This document shows, in pieces, positions 1 to 11,935 of a DNA stretch of 64,000 bases. Both the position numbers and the translations under genes were made by a program. Source of the stretch: Azolla caroliniana (Eukaryota > Plantae > Polypodiophyta). Positions within the stretch are counted from its first letter, which is position 1; each line of letters begins with the position of its first letter. The DNA is taken from the NCBI GenBank assembly GCA_043228905.1, contig JBHGNT010000018.1, positions 10,230,001-10,294,000 on the forward strand. Direction: 5' to 3'. Under the pieces are notes generated by a model. That model saw only the letters and a program-made list of their open reading frames with translations, made no database searches and was not told the DNA's origin.

Positions 1-456
1 ATTATGCCGATGTGTTCGATAAAGTACAAGGCAATACGCTTCCTCACCATCGATTGTATGATTGCCCCATCGATTTACAACCGGGAAAAGAGTCACCATG
101 GGGACCGATCTACAATTTGTCATCAACCGAGCTAGAAGTCCTTCGAGCCTATATAGAGGAGAATTTGGCAAATGGTTTCATTCGACATTCGAAATCTCCA
201 GCCGGCACACCCATTTTCTTCGTCAAGAAAAAGGATGGATCACTTCGTCTCGTTGTAGATTACCGTGGCTTGAATAAGGTCACCATCAGGAACAAGTACG
301 CACTTCCCCTTATCTCAAGTCTTTTAGAACAGATCAATGGTGCAAGGTTCTTCACAAAGATCGACTTACGAGGAGCATATAACCTCGTACGGATCCGTCC
401 AGGAGATGAATGAAAGACCGCGTTTCGCACCAGATATGGGCACTTCGAGTATACGG
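1..456 (+). pseudogene. Ty3/gypsy reverse transcriptase fragment (chromovirus Tcn1/Tf2-like), cut by the window start and by an LTR at 457
   Basis: Motifs [29 protein letters not shown] and [15 protein letters not shown]; premature TGA at 411-413 in [16 protein letters not shown]. Confidence 0.9.
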
Positions 457-548
457 TGTTGCGTTGTTACGCGGGTGCGTGTAGAAGGGGCGGGACCACT
501 GGGGTCTTGGCCTGAGGAGCGAGAGAGAGAGAGAGAGGGAGAGAGGGG

Positions 549-638
<90 letters not shown>

Positions 639-1221
639 CACAGACACGCAGAAGCGAGAAGGAGAGATATAGAACGAAACACTTAATTACAATGACAAGA
701 GATTACAAAATCCGACGGTTACAACCGTCAAGGCGGCGATGGGCCCGACACAAGGACCCTACTCACGCACACAGGCGGAAAACACTGGACCCAGAGAAAC
801 GCAGAAGGAAAGGCCTCTGCTGGCAGCGCACGGGCTACCCACGAAGTAGAGGCGTCGAACTCCCAAGCACCCACAGAGAATGACGGTCGGAGGAGGAGAG
901 AGAGTTCGGCCCTCGGTCCTACAACACTTCCTCCTCCTTAATGCGCGATCCCCTTTTATCTTCCTTCTCTCCCTCCTTAAATAGTTCGCAAAGGGGGGGT
1001 GCCCCCTTTCTCCCTAGTCAAATCGCTTTATTCCCTGTCCCTTTTGACAGAGATACGCACAATCCCCTAATAAATGTGTACTACTTAGTATTTACATTAG
1101 CCGATCCATTTATGAATCATGTACAAAATATAAAAATATCAATTCACGCGTCCATCCGTGTAAGAGCAGGTCCATGCGCCCTTTTCTCCGATTCCGCCCA
1201 TGGCCGGTTTTCTTCATGACA
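457..1221 (-). repeat. 3' LTR of element A
   Basis: TGTTG...TGACA termini; PPT (GGTGGGGGTGGA on minus) at 1222-1233; both ends match solo LTR 51255-52045. Confidence 0.85.
521..636. repeat. (GA)n microsatellite inside the LTR
   Basis: Direct reading. Confidence 0.98.
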
Positions 1222-1290
1222 TCCACCCCCACCAAACCACGCATCCATTGGCATGCGCCAGAGACAGGTAGTTACCGAAGAAAACAGGCT

Positions 1291-3305
1291 TCACTCGTCG
1301 CTCTCCGATTCTCCGCCGGGCCCGAACTGATCATCGTTGCCGCTCCCGCTCGCAGGCTCCGGCTTGTCTTCGAACCGCTTCTTGAACGCTTTGATCCGCT
1401 TCCCGGCCATCGGCACCGCTAACCGTGTCCCGTCGAGTTCCGCGAGGTGGTACGTGCCGTTGTCGTTCGCGCTCGTCACCGTGTAGGGCCCGAACCACCT
1501 CCTAGCAAACTTCCGCACCGCCTTGTGCTGATTGTCGAGGCTGCTGTCGTACACCAAGACCCAGTCGCCTTCCTCGATCTTCTTCGGTCACAACTGGTGT
1601 GTCTAGTTGAACCGGGTCTTGTTCTGCTCCCTTGCCGCCCGCAGCTTTTCCTTCGCACTTTTTATGTCCTCCGGCCTCCGCTCGAGTTTCCGAATCCGCG
1701 CAGCCAGCAACTCCTCCCGGTTCATCTCGTTCTTCCAATCTACCGCCGCCCACGAAGAAACCGTCCGTTCCACTAGCATGATCGGCTTTTGTCCATACAT
1801 CAGCTCTACTGGCATAAACCTTGTTACCGAACTGTGCGTAGTTCGGTCCGCCCATAGTGCGTAAGGAAGAAGTCGCGGTCAATTCCCGACCTGCCCTCCG
1901 CATGCACGCACCAACACATTTACGATCGGCCCGTGCCCACGTTCTACCTTTCCGTTCGCCTCTAGATTGTATGCCGTAGTGAGGGAGAGTTTGACCCCTA
2001 GCCGGTCGAACAGCTCCTCAGCCTCCCTCGCATCCAGCTCTCCCCGGTCCGCCACGATCCTCTCGACGCACCCGTACCAACACACTACCTCTTCGATCAG
2101 AAACCGGCATACTGCCGCAGTTGTCTTGTTCTGCAGTGCATGGCCTTCCACCTAGTTCGTTAAGTCTTCCTGCGCAAGCACCAGGTATCGCATCTGTCCT
2201 ACTCCCATCGACATCGTCACCAAGTCCACCATCCACTTGAAATGGACCGCAGGTGGGTAAGTCAGGTGTAGCTCGTCCCGATGTCGGACTACGGAGTGCA
2301 TCTGACAGCTTTCGCAAGTCGTTACGAACCGATGCACGTCCTGGTACAGCCCCGACCACCAATACTTCTCCTTTAGCTTCTCGAACGTGGCCCACGTTCC
2401 GCGGTGCCCGGCCCAGGAACTCTCGTGAAATGCTGCCTTTAGTTCCTCCTGTTCTTCTTTCTTTGCCATTACTCGGAGCGGGATGCCGTTTCTTTTCTTT
2501 GGGTGCCTCCATATGCATCCGTCCCGTAGGAAGAATCGGTACGCCTTCTCCTGTACCTGGCTCGCCTCTTCTCTTGTCCACGCTACGTTCGGCATCATCG
2601 CCCGTAGGAACCTCCCGATTTGGAGCCACTCCCCGTCGTACCTGCTTTCATCAAATTCGTTAAGCGCCGGAGTGTCCCCTTCCCTCGTCGTCACATTAGC
2701 CAACCCGAAGAAGTCCTCGCTGACTTCTTCGTCATCTGAAACCATGTCATCTTCGTCGTTGAACCTTGCTCTCGAAAGCATGTCGGCCATGGCGTTATCC
2801 TTTCCGGAGATGTGCCATATCTCCGGGGTGGGTCAGGGACTTAATGTACGCTATCCACCGGAGCATTGCTAGGTCCTGCATCGCGCATTCGGAAACCATC
2901 CCGAGTATTGGCAGGCAATCTGTCTCGATTGTTACCTCCGTCCCGATCAGGTAGTCCCTGTCGGCCTTGACTGCCGAAACGATACCCCATAGTTCGCGCT
3001 TGACTTGGGCGTATCCTTGCTGTCGCTCGCTTAATACCTTCGCCCCGAACCAGATCGGGAACCGTGCGCCGTCCTCGTCCTCCTGGTTGATCACCCACCC
3101 GATCCTGGTCGGGCTCGTGTGCACCGTTACGTAGATGGGGACCCCCTTACCGTAAACCGCTTTACAGAGAGCTGGCGCTACCGTAAGTGCCTCCTTTAGT
3201 CTCCGGACCGACTCTGTGTGCTTCGTCCTCCACTCAAAGCTACACCCCTTTTTCAATAGTCCGTAGAGGGGTTCCGCGACATGTGCGTAGTGCGGGATCC
3301 AGATG
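1291..3305 (-). pseudogene. Ty3 RNase H-integrase remnant of element A
   Basis: YAQVKRELWGIV (RNase H); HESSWAGHRG...CESCQ (integrase H2C2); IVADRGEL and ANGKVERGH (core); RRWFGPY (GPY/F); several stops and frameshifts. Confidence 0.9.
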
Positions 3306-3339
3306 TGACTATCGTTGCCCCATTCTTCAATAGTCCGTG

Positions 3340-5503
3340 TTAAAAATCCGAGGCCTAATCTCTGAGGCTATCTCGGTTCCTCTCATGATTAGCTCACACT
3401 GTCAAGGATTGAACTGACTTTTGACCATGAAGACTCTTCACCCGAGCGAATGCTGCTCCACTATCGAACACCTTAGTCTCCATCCTTGATGATGTTTTGT
3501 AGGGTTGGCCAAGAATTAGTAAATGGGAAGCTGAATCTTGCACAAAAAAGTGTTGGTCAATCTCTACATCCCCGATTGTGACTTGAATGTTGGGACATGC
3601 TCCATAAAGATCTTCCGTGGCCTTCATCACCACACGAATCTTCCATCCATGGTTCGTGTTGATAGGCCATCTTCCCTTCTTGTAGAAATCCGTCGAGATG
3701 AGATTAATATCTGATCCATGGTCTATAAGAGCCGCATCCGTCTCTTTCTTCTCTCCAATATTCACCGGAGTTTCCCTTGTCGCTCTCGCCCAATGGAGAC
3801 GTGTATAATGACTGTCCACTAGATCTTCTTCTTTCTCTTCCGTTCTTGCCATAGTTATGGCATTGGTTGTCACCTTTGTCGAAATTCCCACTTCCTCATC
3901 TGTTTGTTGTCTTTTGCATTTGATAAGATCGACGATGGTCTCATGGAACTCCTTCTTTGCAATTCCAAGTAGTTCTCTCAATGTAAGGTAATACGGCTAT
4001 CGAGCACTCTTTCTTCAAGAACCTTTCTTAAGTTAGCTGTTTGTTTAATATCCGACCTTAATTTGTATGTTGGCATCGATCTATCCTTCCCCTTCTTGGC
4101 ATTCTCTTCAATGGTTTGAGTTGGTTCCTCGACTCTCTTGTTTGAGATTCCATCTTCTTGATGTGTGGTCTTGATCATCTCTTCCTTCTTCTTAAAGCTT
4201 CTTGTATCATGTTTCTTAGAAGGGCCTTCATCTAGATCCGTCCTCTTCCACTTCTCCTCCACAAACACTTTGTGGGTTCTGCGGAGATCGTGTTGTTATC
4301 AACCGGATCCGCCCACCCGGTAAGGTCTCGTACATGAAGGTTGGCTAGCTTTGCATCATCTGAATTAATCTTCCCTTTTTTTTCGTATTCAAGGACGGTC
4401 GGCCAAAACCCCATTCCCTTTTTAATCATTCCAAGCTTCTCCTTCCCGATTCTTATACCGGCGGATGCAACATAGTGTATAGCTTCGACGTGGCTCACAT
4501 CGGCCTCATCCATGATTTTCTTTAGAACCCCCCTACCGAAATTCACTTGCAAGGGCTTTCGAGTCTTACTTTAGTGTATAATGTGACCTTCCATGTAGAC
4601 GAGGTTTTGTTGAATTGCCTCTTGAAGGCTAGCACAATCTTTCCTTGCATGATCAACACTATCACACCATGCACATCTATATAGGTCTTTCCCCTTCAAC
4701 CCTCTACGACTCATATTAGCTAACGAAACTGCTTTGAATTTTCGTGCCAACTCTTCAATGACAAAGTTCTCCATCGCTCTTTCGGTCGGCTCACTTTGCT
4801 TTGTCATCTCAGTTTCTATTGAAGTCTTCCTTCTTTGGACTACCGGGCCTGCCATGTCGGAATCATCTAGCCATCGACGACGTTTGTCAAATCGATCACA
4901 TGCTCTTCTTACTGCAACCCAATTCGTTATGAGACCATTGGGTTGTGCTTCGTCCTCTAATCGACTACCTAGTTCTCGTCTATCTTTTGCATCCACCGGC
5001 TTTAAAGAAGTACAAAACTTTATCTCCTTGGAGAATTGTTTGATCGGTTCTCGGGAGACGGTTGTACATTTGGTCAAATTCGGTGTACACTCCCGATGTG
5101 TTCATGTTCTTCCCCTTCTTCTCAATCCACTTCATCAACGTATGACGAGTCATCCTCGATGTATCTTCAAGCATATATTCAGCCAAAAGTGCCCTTTCAA
5201 ATCCCACCCATGTTGTTTGGGCGGCTTGAATCTCCCTTATACAGCCTTGTAACCTAATAGCTTGACACGCTTGAAGCTTGATATTTGCTTCTCTTCAATG
5301 ACATCACGTTGTTGCATCTCCGTCTTGTATGTAGCAAGAAAATCCGTAATGTTTCTTCCACCAAATTGGCATGCTTGCTTCTCAACGGTTCGGTCGATGG
5401 CCTTGTCTAAGCTTGCATCATTATCTCGAGCTCTCATCATATGCTCGACAATAGCCACCAACTTTGCCACTTCATCAGCATGGGTGTTTGACGAAGAAGC
5501 CAT
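3340..5503 (-). pseudogene. Ty3 gag-protease remnant of element A
   Basis: Knuckle CAWCDSVDHARKDC; aspartic protease ALIDHGSDINLI...LILGQP; fragmented ORFs. Confidence 0.8.
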
Positions 5504-5551
5504 CTTCTAATCTTCTATTTCAAGCACTTGATCCTTCCTACCGCCTCTTCA

Positions 5552-5565
5552 CCTCGGGTTTACCA
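5552..5565 (-). promoter_or_regulatory. Putative primer-binding site (non-iMet; tRNA not identified)
   Basis: TGGTAAACCCGAGG one base after the LTR ...GTGACA end on minus. Confidence 0.55.
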
Positions 5566-5566
5566 A

Positions 5567-6394
5567 TGTCACAAAGTTTCGCGTGCGCGTGTCGCTCGAA
5601 CAGGACCACTGGGGCCTTGGATCGGGGAGACAAAAGAAGTGAGGATAGTGGCAAGGGAGCGTTCGGGCTTGCCCATGCACCTCTCCTTTCACAAAGGCGT
5701 TCGAAATCGTGTCTTGTGTGTTAGTGTAAATCTTGCTTGTGTGTTTGTGTGACTTGTGGCAAGGGAGCGTTCGGGCTTGCCCATGGACCTCTCCTTTCAC
5801 AAAGGCGTTCGAAATTGTGTCTCCCGTGTGTAAACCTTGCTTGTGTGTTCGTGCAACTTGTGGCAAGGGAGTGTTCGGGCTTGCCCATGCACCTCGCCTT
5901 TCACAAAGGCGTTCGAAATTGTGTCTCCCATGTGTAAACCTTGCTTGTGTGTTTGCGTGTCTTGTAACAAGGGAGCGTTTGGGCTTGCCCATGCACCTCT
6001 CTTTTAACAAAGGCATTCGAAACTCTGTCTCTCATGTGTTTAAGTAAGCCTTTTCATTGTGTGTTCGTGTGTCTTGTAATAGGGGAGCGTTCGGGCTTGC
6101 CCATGCACCTCTCTTTTCACAAAGTCATTCGAAACTCTGTCTCTCATGTGTGTAAGTCAGCTTTTTCCTTGTGTGTCTGTTTGTAAACCTTCCTCACGTG
6201 CATTTGTTCGCCTTGTGACTAAGGGTTGATTTGGGCTTGCCATGAAACTCTCCTTTTCACAAACACGTTCGAATACTCGTGCCTTGTTTGTGTAAGCCTT
6301 CCTTCTGTTGTGGGTGTGAGCCCTATTTCCTTCCCATCCATAACCCCGACAATTCCGCCTCACAATCCGCACATAGTGACGGAGTTTCACGACA
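5567..6394 (-). repeat. 5' LTR of element A (different subfamily from the 3' LTR)
   Basis: TGTCA...CGACA termini; GGACCACTGGGG shared with 457-1221; adjacent PBS. Confidence 0.75.
5648..6290. repeat. ~105-110-bp tandem repeat, about 6 copies, inside the LTR
   Basis: Recurring AAGGGAGCGTTCGGGCTTGCCCATGCACCTCTCCTTTCACAAAGGCGTTCGAAA; last copy degenerate. Confidence 0.92.
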
Positions 6395-6479
6395 CCGTGT
6401 ACAGTGTACTCTTAAGCTTCCATTAAACCTTCATCTCTATTTTACTATTGTTATCCGGCTGAGCCAATTTGTCTACAAG

Positions 6480-8606
6480 CTTCCACACGTTATTCTTTAT
6501 AGGGGTCTAGTTCGGTTTCAATGTCTGATTCTTCTTCGGTCCATTCGGGTCTTTGTCTGAATCCGGTTGGTTCATTGTGGTCTTCGGCTGCCATGTGGCT
6601 TCCGACCGGATGTGTCCTTGTATTTTCCACCCGATCTCTGTCGGTCGACCCAAAGTTCACTATCTTCTTCTCCGACTCCCAGTCAGCAATGGCCTTGTCT
6701 TCCATGAAGACTATGTCTCGACTCCGGAAAACCTTCTAGTTGACCAAGTTCGAGCATATCCGTGCATGCATGTTCACTTCTTCCTAGCATATACGGGCAT
6801 GTATCAAGTACAATGTGTTGATCTTCTAGGCTCCGGCCACAATCAAGCTTCCTTCGTTGAACTTCATGAATATGTTCGGGATGCCACCCATATAGCCTTC
6901 GCCATCTAGCTGACCGGCTGATATCAGGTTAAACCAAACCTCCAGAACAAGCAACCTGCACCCGGTTGACATAGCCAGCCACACATCTCCTATGCCAACG
7001 ATTTGGCATACACCTTCATTTCCCATCCTTACACAACCGTGATCTCTAGCTCTGTAGGATGTGAAACACTTTCGCTCGGGAGTCAGATGGAACGATGCTT
7101 TGGAGTCGACCACCCATGTCGTCTCGTTGCTGACAAGATGTAGCTTGCTCTACTTGGTGATGAGCAATAGTTCTTCCTCGCTTGTCGCGATTGCTGACGT
7201 TCCTTTCTGATCCGAACTTCTCCGGTTTGGACCCTTCTTTGAGTCAGCATTGTCGGTTCCTTTCTCCTTCTAGAAGTGTCGGCAATTCTTTTGGAAGTGC
7301 ACCGGCTTTCCACAATAAAAGCAAGTGGGCCTCCCTCTTGACTTCGACCTTGTCCCCGATTTGTCCTGGTTCTAGGAACTCCAATTCTGGCCTCTTCCCT
7401 AGTTATGGTCATCTTCCATAACCAAGGCCTTTGGATCGGTTCCGAACTCCTGGTACTTCCGGTGAGCTTCTTCATCCAGCAAGCTTGATTTTACCCTTTC
7501 TAGGGATAGATGTTTTCCTTTTGGCCCGGCGTTGCCCAAAGTGACAACTAGTGTCTCCCAACTATCCGAGAGGGAGCCGAGCAACAACAACGTGAGTTCC
7601 TCGTCGGTAGAGGTACTTCCAACGAGGTTGTTTGATTTATAAGCCCCTGAAAGGCTTTCATGTGCTCTACCATACTAGATCTGTCTTGGTATTAGAGTCT
7701 CACTAACTTCCGGAATACTGGATCCATCCTGGTATCAGACCCGATTCAACTACATGGTACCGATTTTTTCGTAGAGCACATGAGTCTTACACTCTTCACT
7801 AAAGTTGTTGTGCAAGCTCATGTCGATGCAGCATCAAATGTATGTCGTCGTCTTCATATGCATCACCTCCCAGTTCAAGGCATTGATTTTATCTATTCTT
7901 TTGTCTCCAAATTGCACTAGTAGCCAGAGATCTTTGACCACCAACATGTCCCTCATCTTTGACTTCCACACTGGGTAGTTGGAGCCGGTTAGCTTGAACA
8001 TGCCGTCAAATGGTTCTTCCATGCTCTGGTACCAAATTGTAAGGAATAGAGCATGGCCACAACCGAGTCTTAATCACAGTGGAAGAAATTGAACAAAAAT
8101 AAAGATTAATGCACTTACGCTCTAAACGGGTCAACACAGGATATTAACGTGGAAAACCCTAATCGGGAAAAACCACAAGAATTCTAAGACCTCCGAACAG
8201 GATCACTATAGAGGAGAGGTATAACAATGTGAGACTTAGAGGCAACGACCTCGAGCTCTACCTTCGCCAACCGGCTGTTCCAACAGAAGAGCTTTCTGTA
8301 TATCTCTCTCTCCCTCTCTCAATCTCTTTCTGTACAACAAGAAGAATAATACCAACAACTATCACGTTCTAAAAATAGTATTTTCCTAGTTATATTTATA
8401 CATATATAACTTTGGGGATATTTACAAATATGACTTGAAACCGTCACACCGGGACATGTACATAAACTAATGTCGACCAGATACCAAACCGGATCCATCT
8501 GGTCCGATATCTAGATATCTTCCGAATCCATCTAGTCTAGTTCTTTCCTTTAGCTCGTTCGATCCGGCTTGTCCGATTCTCATCCGGAGGAACCTATTTC
8601 CCAAAA
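6480..8606 (-). mobile_element. Truncated Ty1/copia (Tnt1-like, related to element E): 5' LTR 8038-~8606, PBS, gag, protease; integrase core and RT missing
   Basis: PBS TGGTACCAGAGC at 8023-8034 followed immediately by ATG; KLTGSNYPVWKSKMRDML; WVVDSKASFH; VFRSRDIVFMEDK. Confidence 0.85.
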
Positions 8607-8944
8607 AAAAATTTAATCCCTTTGAATTCACAAATACAAACCGATAAACCTCAAATATGGCAATTGGTAAGTGATATTACAACTTGGTATATTTAGAAGG
8701 CTCGATGTTTGAAGGTATTTCAAAATGTGACTGAAAGACCTGGCCAAATAATTTCGGGAATTTGTGTGAAAGTTAATATGTGGAAGCATATGACAAACCG
8801 TCTTAGCGGGATACCAACAGAACGTAGAGAAGAAGGTTTAATGGAGACCTTACACATAGAATACACGAGAGAGACAAAGAGAGAGCAGAACATAAACTCA
8901 ATTCATAAATAATAATCCTCTCTGCGGTGAATGTGCTCAGAGAG

Positions 8945-10057
8945 GTTGTTCCTGCTGCCACTTGCTCCGACTTGTTCGGGCTCGGCTTCCTTTTTCTGCT
9001 TATCTTCCCCTTTTGTTTTTTCTTTCTCTCCGCCTCCTTGTTCGGTGCCATTACCCATTTCCATTCCCATTCTCCCCCTCAAGTGCGCCACGTCGAGATG
9101 TTGAATGCCGAGCATCTCCGAAAACTGGTGCAACTTGTCCGATCCAAGCGGCTTGGTGAAGATGTCGGCGCCTTGCCAATCCGTGTGAACATACCAAAGT
9201 TCAACTTCACCGCTCAAGACCCGCTCATGGACAAAGTGATAATGCACTTCTATGGGCTTTGTTCGAGCATGGAATATAGGGTTCTTGGCGAGCTGTATGT
9301 TGCTTACATTGTCACAATAAATCAAGATCGGGGTCGGCACCTCGATTTGGAGGTCTTGCAGTAGTCGCCGAAGCCAGATGGCTTCAAAGGTGGCAACGAT
9401 AGCGCCCTGATATTTAGCCTCAGTGCTCAATAGAGCCAATGTTGGTTGCTTTTTGTTGCTCCACACAACAACCGCGCTACCAAGAGAAAACATGTAACCG
9501 GAGGTGGATCGGCAATCCGATGTATCACCAGCCTAGTCGGCATCGGTATATCCGACTAGCTTCCCGACTATACCATGTCAGTATAACAGTCCCCGGTCGT
9601 TCATGCCGCTAACATATCAAGCTTGAGGGGCTTTAGACCATAAAGTGACTTTTTAATTCTACACATTGCCAACCTGTTCAGCTCCGATTGAAAATCAGGG
9701 GGTTGGATCATATAGACCCGTTCTTCAAGGTCACCTTGAAGAAACGTATTCTTCACATCCATTTGGTGAAGATGTTAGCCCCTTGCCGCAACAACAACTA
9801 GTACCACAAGGACCGTCGTCATCTTCACTACCGGAGCGAAGGTCTCGTCGTAATCGATGTCGTGGGTCTGTGCATATCCCTTCGCCACTAACCAGGCCTT
9901 GTACTGGTTGACCGAATCATCGACATTGTACTTTACCTTGTACACCCAGTTGCAGCCAATCGGTTTACATTGTCGGGGAGGTTCAACTAGGTCCTAAGTG
10001 TCGTTGGCATCGAGTGCCCGCATTTCTTCTTCCATAGCCGCACGCCAATTTGCGTCT
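8945..10057 (-). pseudogene. Copia RT/RNase H remnant of element B (central RT deleted)
   Basis: LSTEAKY, YCDNVSNIQLAKNPIFHARTKPIEVHYHF, ADIFTKPL; HQMDVKN. Confidence 0.88.
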
Positions 10058-10697
10058 TGTTAGGAAACAAGTCCCTCCAGATGGGAAGTGAGAAGAACAG
10101 TGTTGATGAGCAACTCGGCCGAGGCCGAATCCGGATGTGGAGTACCCGGCAACGGAAGACCTCGTGAGAATCGGATGACAAGTACCTGGCAAGGAAGACC
10201 CGGTGAGAACTGGATGTTGCAGGCCCGGTGAGAACCTCTCATCGGATGGAAGGGACATATATGTAAATATGTTCCAGAGAGCCCAATGGGGCTATATTTG
10301 TAAATGGCCCGAAAGTCATATTAGTATAAATATGACCTAGGGCAAACTTAATAGTGATGATGATAGAGTTATTGGTGTAACCTCTGTACAGTGCGTAAGA
10401 GAGAGAGAGAGAGAGAGAGAGAGTGATATACAGAGATTGTGTCTCTGTTGTAACCGCCGCTAGGCGAAGATTGTGAGCAAGAGGTCGTTGCCTCTGTGCT
10501 CCCTGTTGTATTACTTTACAGAGTGATAGTTTGGAGTCTGTGGACTCCCATGGTTTTTCCCTCTTAGGGTTTTCCACGTTAATATCCTGTGTATTCTCTT
10601 TCTGTTTTGTCGACTTACCTCCATTCCCATTTCGTCTGCGTTTTGATTGTCATCAAGTGATCTACTGGCCGGAGATTAATCCGCGTATTCCACGTCA
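10058..10697 (+). repeat. Copia solo LTR
   Basis: TG...CA termini, TSD CGTCT (10053-57, 10698-702); same family as 50235-50995. Confidence 0.92.
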
Positions 10698-11032
10698 CGT
10701 CTTTCGTTGCTTTTGTGTAGCTTTCTGGCGCACACACTTCCGCCACATTGGTCATGTACGCATAGTGATGCGCCATGTACTCATTGTATCTGTACCATTT
10801 TACGGGGTTCTTTTGGGGGGTTGATTGGCGTAGTTTTCCATCAGCCAGTCTCAAGTCCTTCTTGGCCGGTTTAGACTTCATTTCTGAATATCCGACTTTG
10901 TTCTATCCGGAGTCATAATCCCTTCGATCTGACTCTTCCCTATCGGCATCTTTTCTTCCCCTTCTCTTTGCGCGTGAACCGTCTCCACTACTCGCCGATT
11001 CTTTGACCCAGCCGCTCATTTGGCCCACTTAG

Positions 11033-11506
11033 TGTTAAGAGTCTATTACTAATCAATAGACCAAATCAAGTAAAAAGGAAGAAAATAGATTGGATAGAAG
11101 AACCCGTTCCACCCGACCACCCCCGAGCTATGATCTAGACATAGCCAACCTACCACCGACGTCCCATACCGCCGGATATTAGGATGACTAATACCTTGGA
11201 AGAGATAAACACGATCGTCGAGATGAAAGCCTAGCCTGCACCACCGGTGTCTACGACAACAACCTTCCGACGTGATGATCCTTATGAGGGTAGCTAAGCC
11301 TCATATTTATACCTTTTCCTAGGCCCCTTGAATAGATGTGCCTTTCTAAAAGGCTCTCTATTCATTGGTTGTCTAAATCATGATAGTGCATGCACATATC
11401 ATTCATTCTATCCAATCATTAGTCCCCTTTTTAATAATAGTGAACATACCCTTCACTAATGTAAATATTAGTGACCTACCCTCACCAACGTTATGTGTAC
11501 ATAACA
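11033..11506 (-). repeat. 3' LTR of the chromovirus
   Basis: TGTTA...TAACA; near-identical to 17677-18150. Confidence 0.96.
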
Positions 11507-11513
11507 TACTCCC

Positions 11514-11935
11514 CTACTTCAAAAGATTGCACTCTTGCAATATAAAGTGAGGAAATTGTGCCTTAAGCGAATGCTCGCGTTCCCATGTGGCATCATCAAT
11601 AGGTTTATCCATCCATTTGATCTTGAATAGCCGAATCTCTTTAGAACGTAAACGTTTAGTACGAGAATCAAGAATTCGTTCAGGAACATGAGGTTTGTAA
11701 GAAAAATCCTCTAATGTTACAAGATCTTGGATTGTGATGGTGTTATCATCAGAGCCTAAAAATGGTTTTAGACGACTGACGTGAAAAACAGGATGAATAC
11801 CAACGTTACGAGGTAAGGCAAGGTGATAAGAAGATGACCCAACTCGCTTAAGGATTTCAAATGGGCCACAATATTGTGGGGCTAACTTAGCGCACTTGCC
11901 CGTAGATAATGACGTAGAATCAGTCGGCACACGCA
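11514..11935 (-). CDS. Integrase C-terminus (GPF motif) plus chromodomain; frameshifted continuation of gag-pol
   Basis: KLAPQYCGPFEILKRVG, HPVFHVSRLK, PERILDSR...IKWMDKPIDDATWE. Confidence 0.88.

Larger units (their letters stand above)
457..6394 (-). mobile_element. Ty3/gypsy element A, RT-deleted and probably chimeric
   Basis: Two related but dissimilar LTRs (457-1221, 5567-6394), PBS and PPT; gag-protease joined directly to late RT/RNase H-integrase at ~3306; flanks TACGG/CCGTG are not a TSD. Confidence 0.8.

Noticed and set aside
337-672. ORFs with poly-ER / poly-SL
   Set aside because: Translation artefacts of the (GA)n microsatellite; likewise at 21950-22035 and the poly-K/poly-F ORFs at ~51540
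5648-6290. CRISPR-like repeat-spacer appearance
   Set aside because: The linkers are homologous to one another, the array lies inside an LTR, the context is eukaryotic and no cas genes are present
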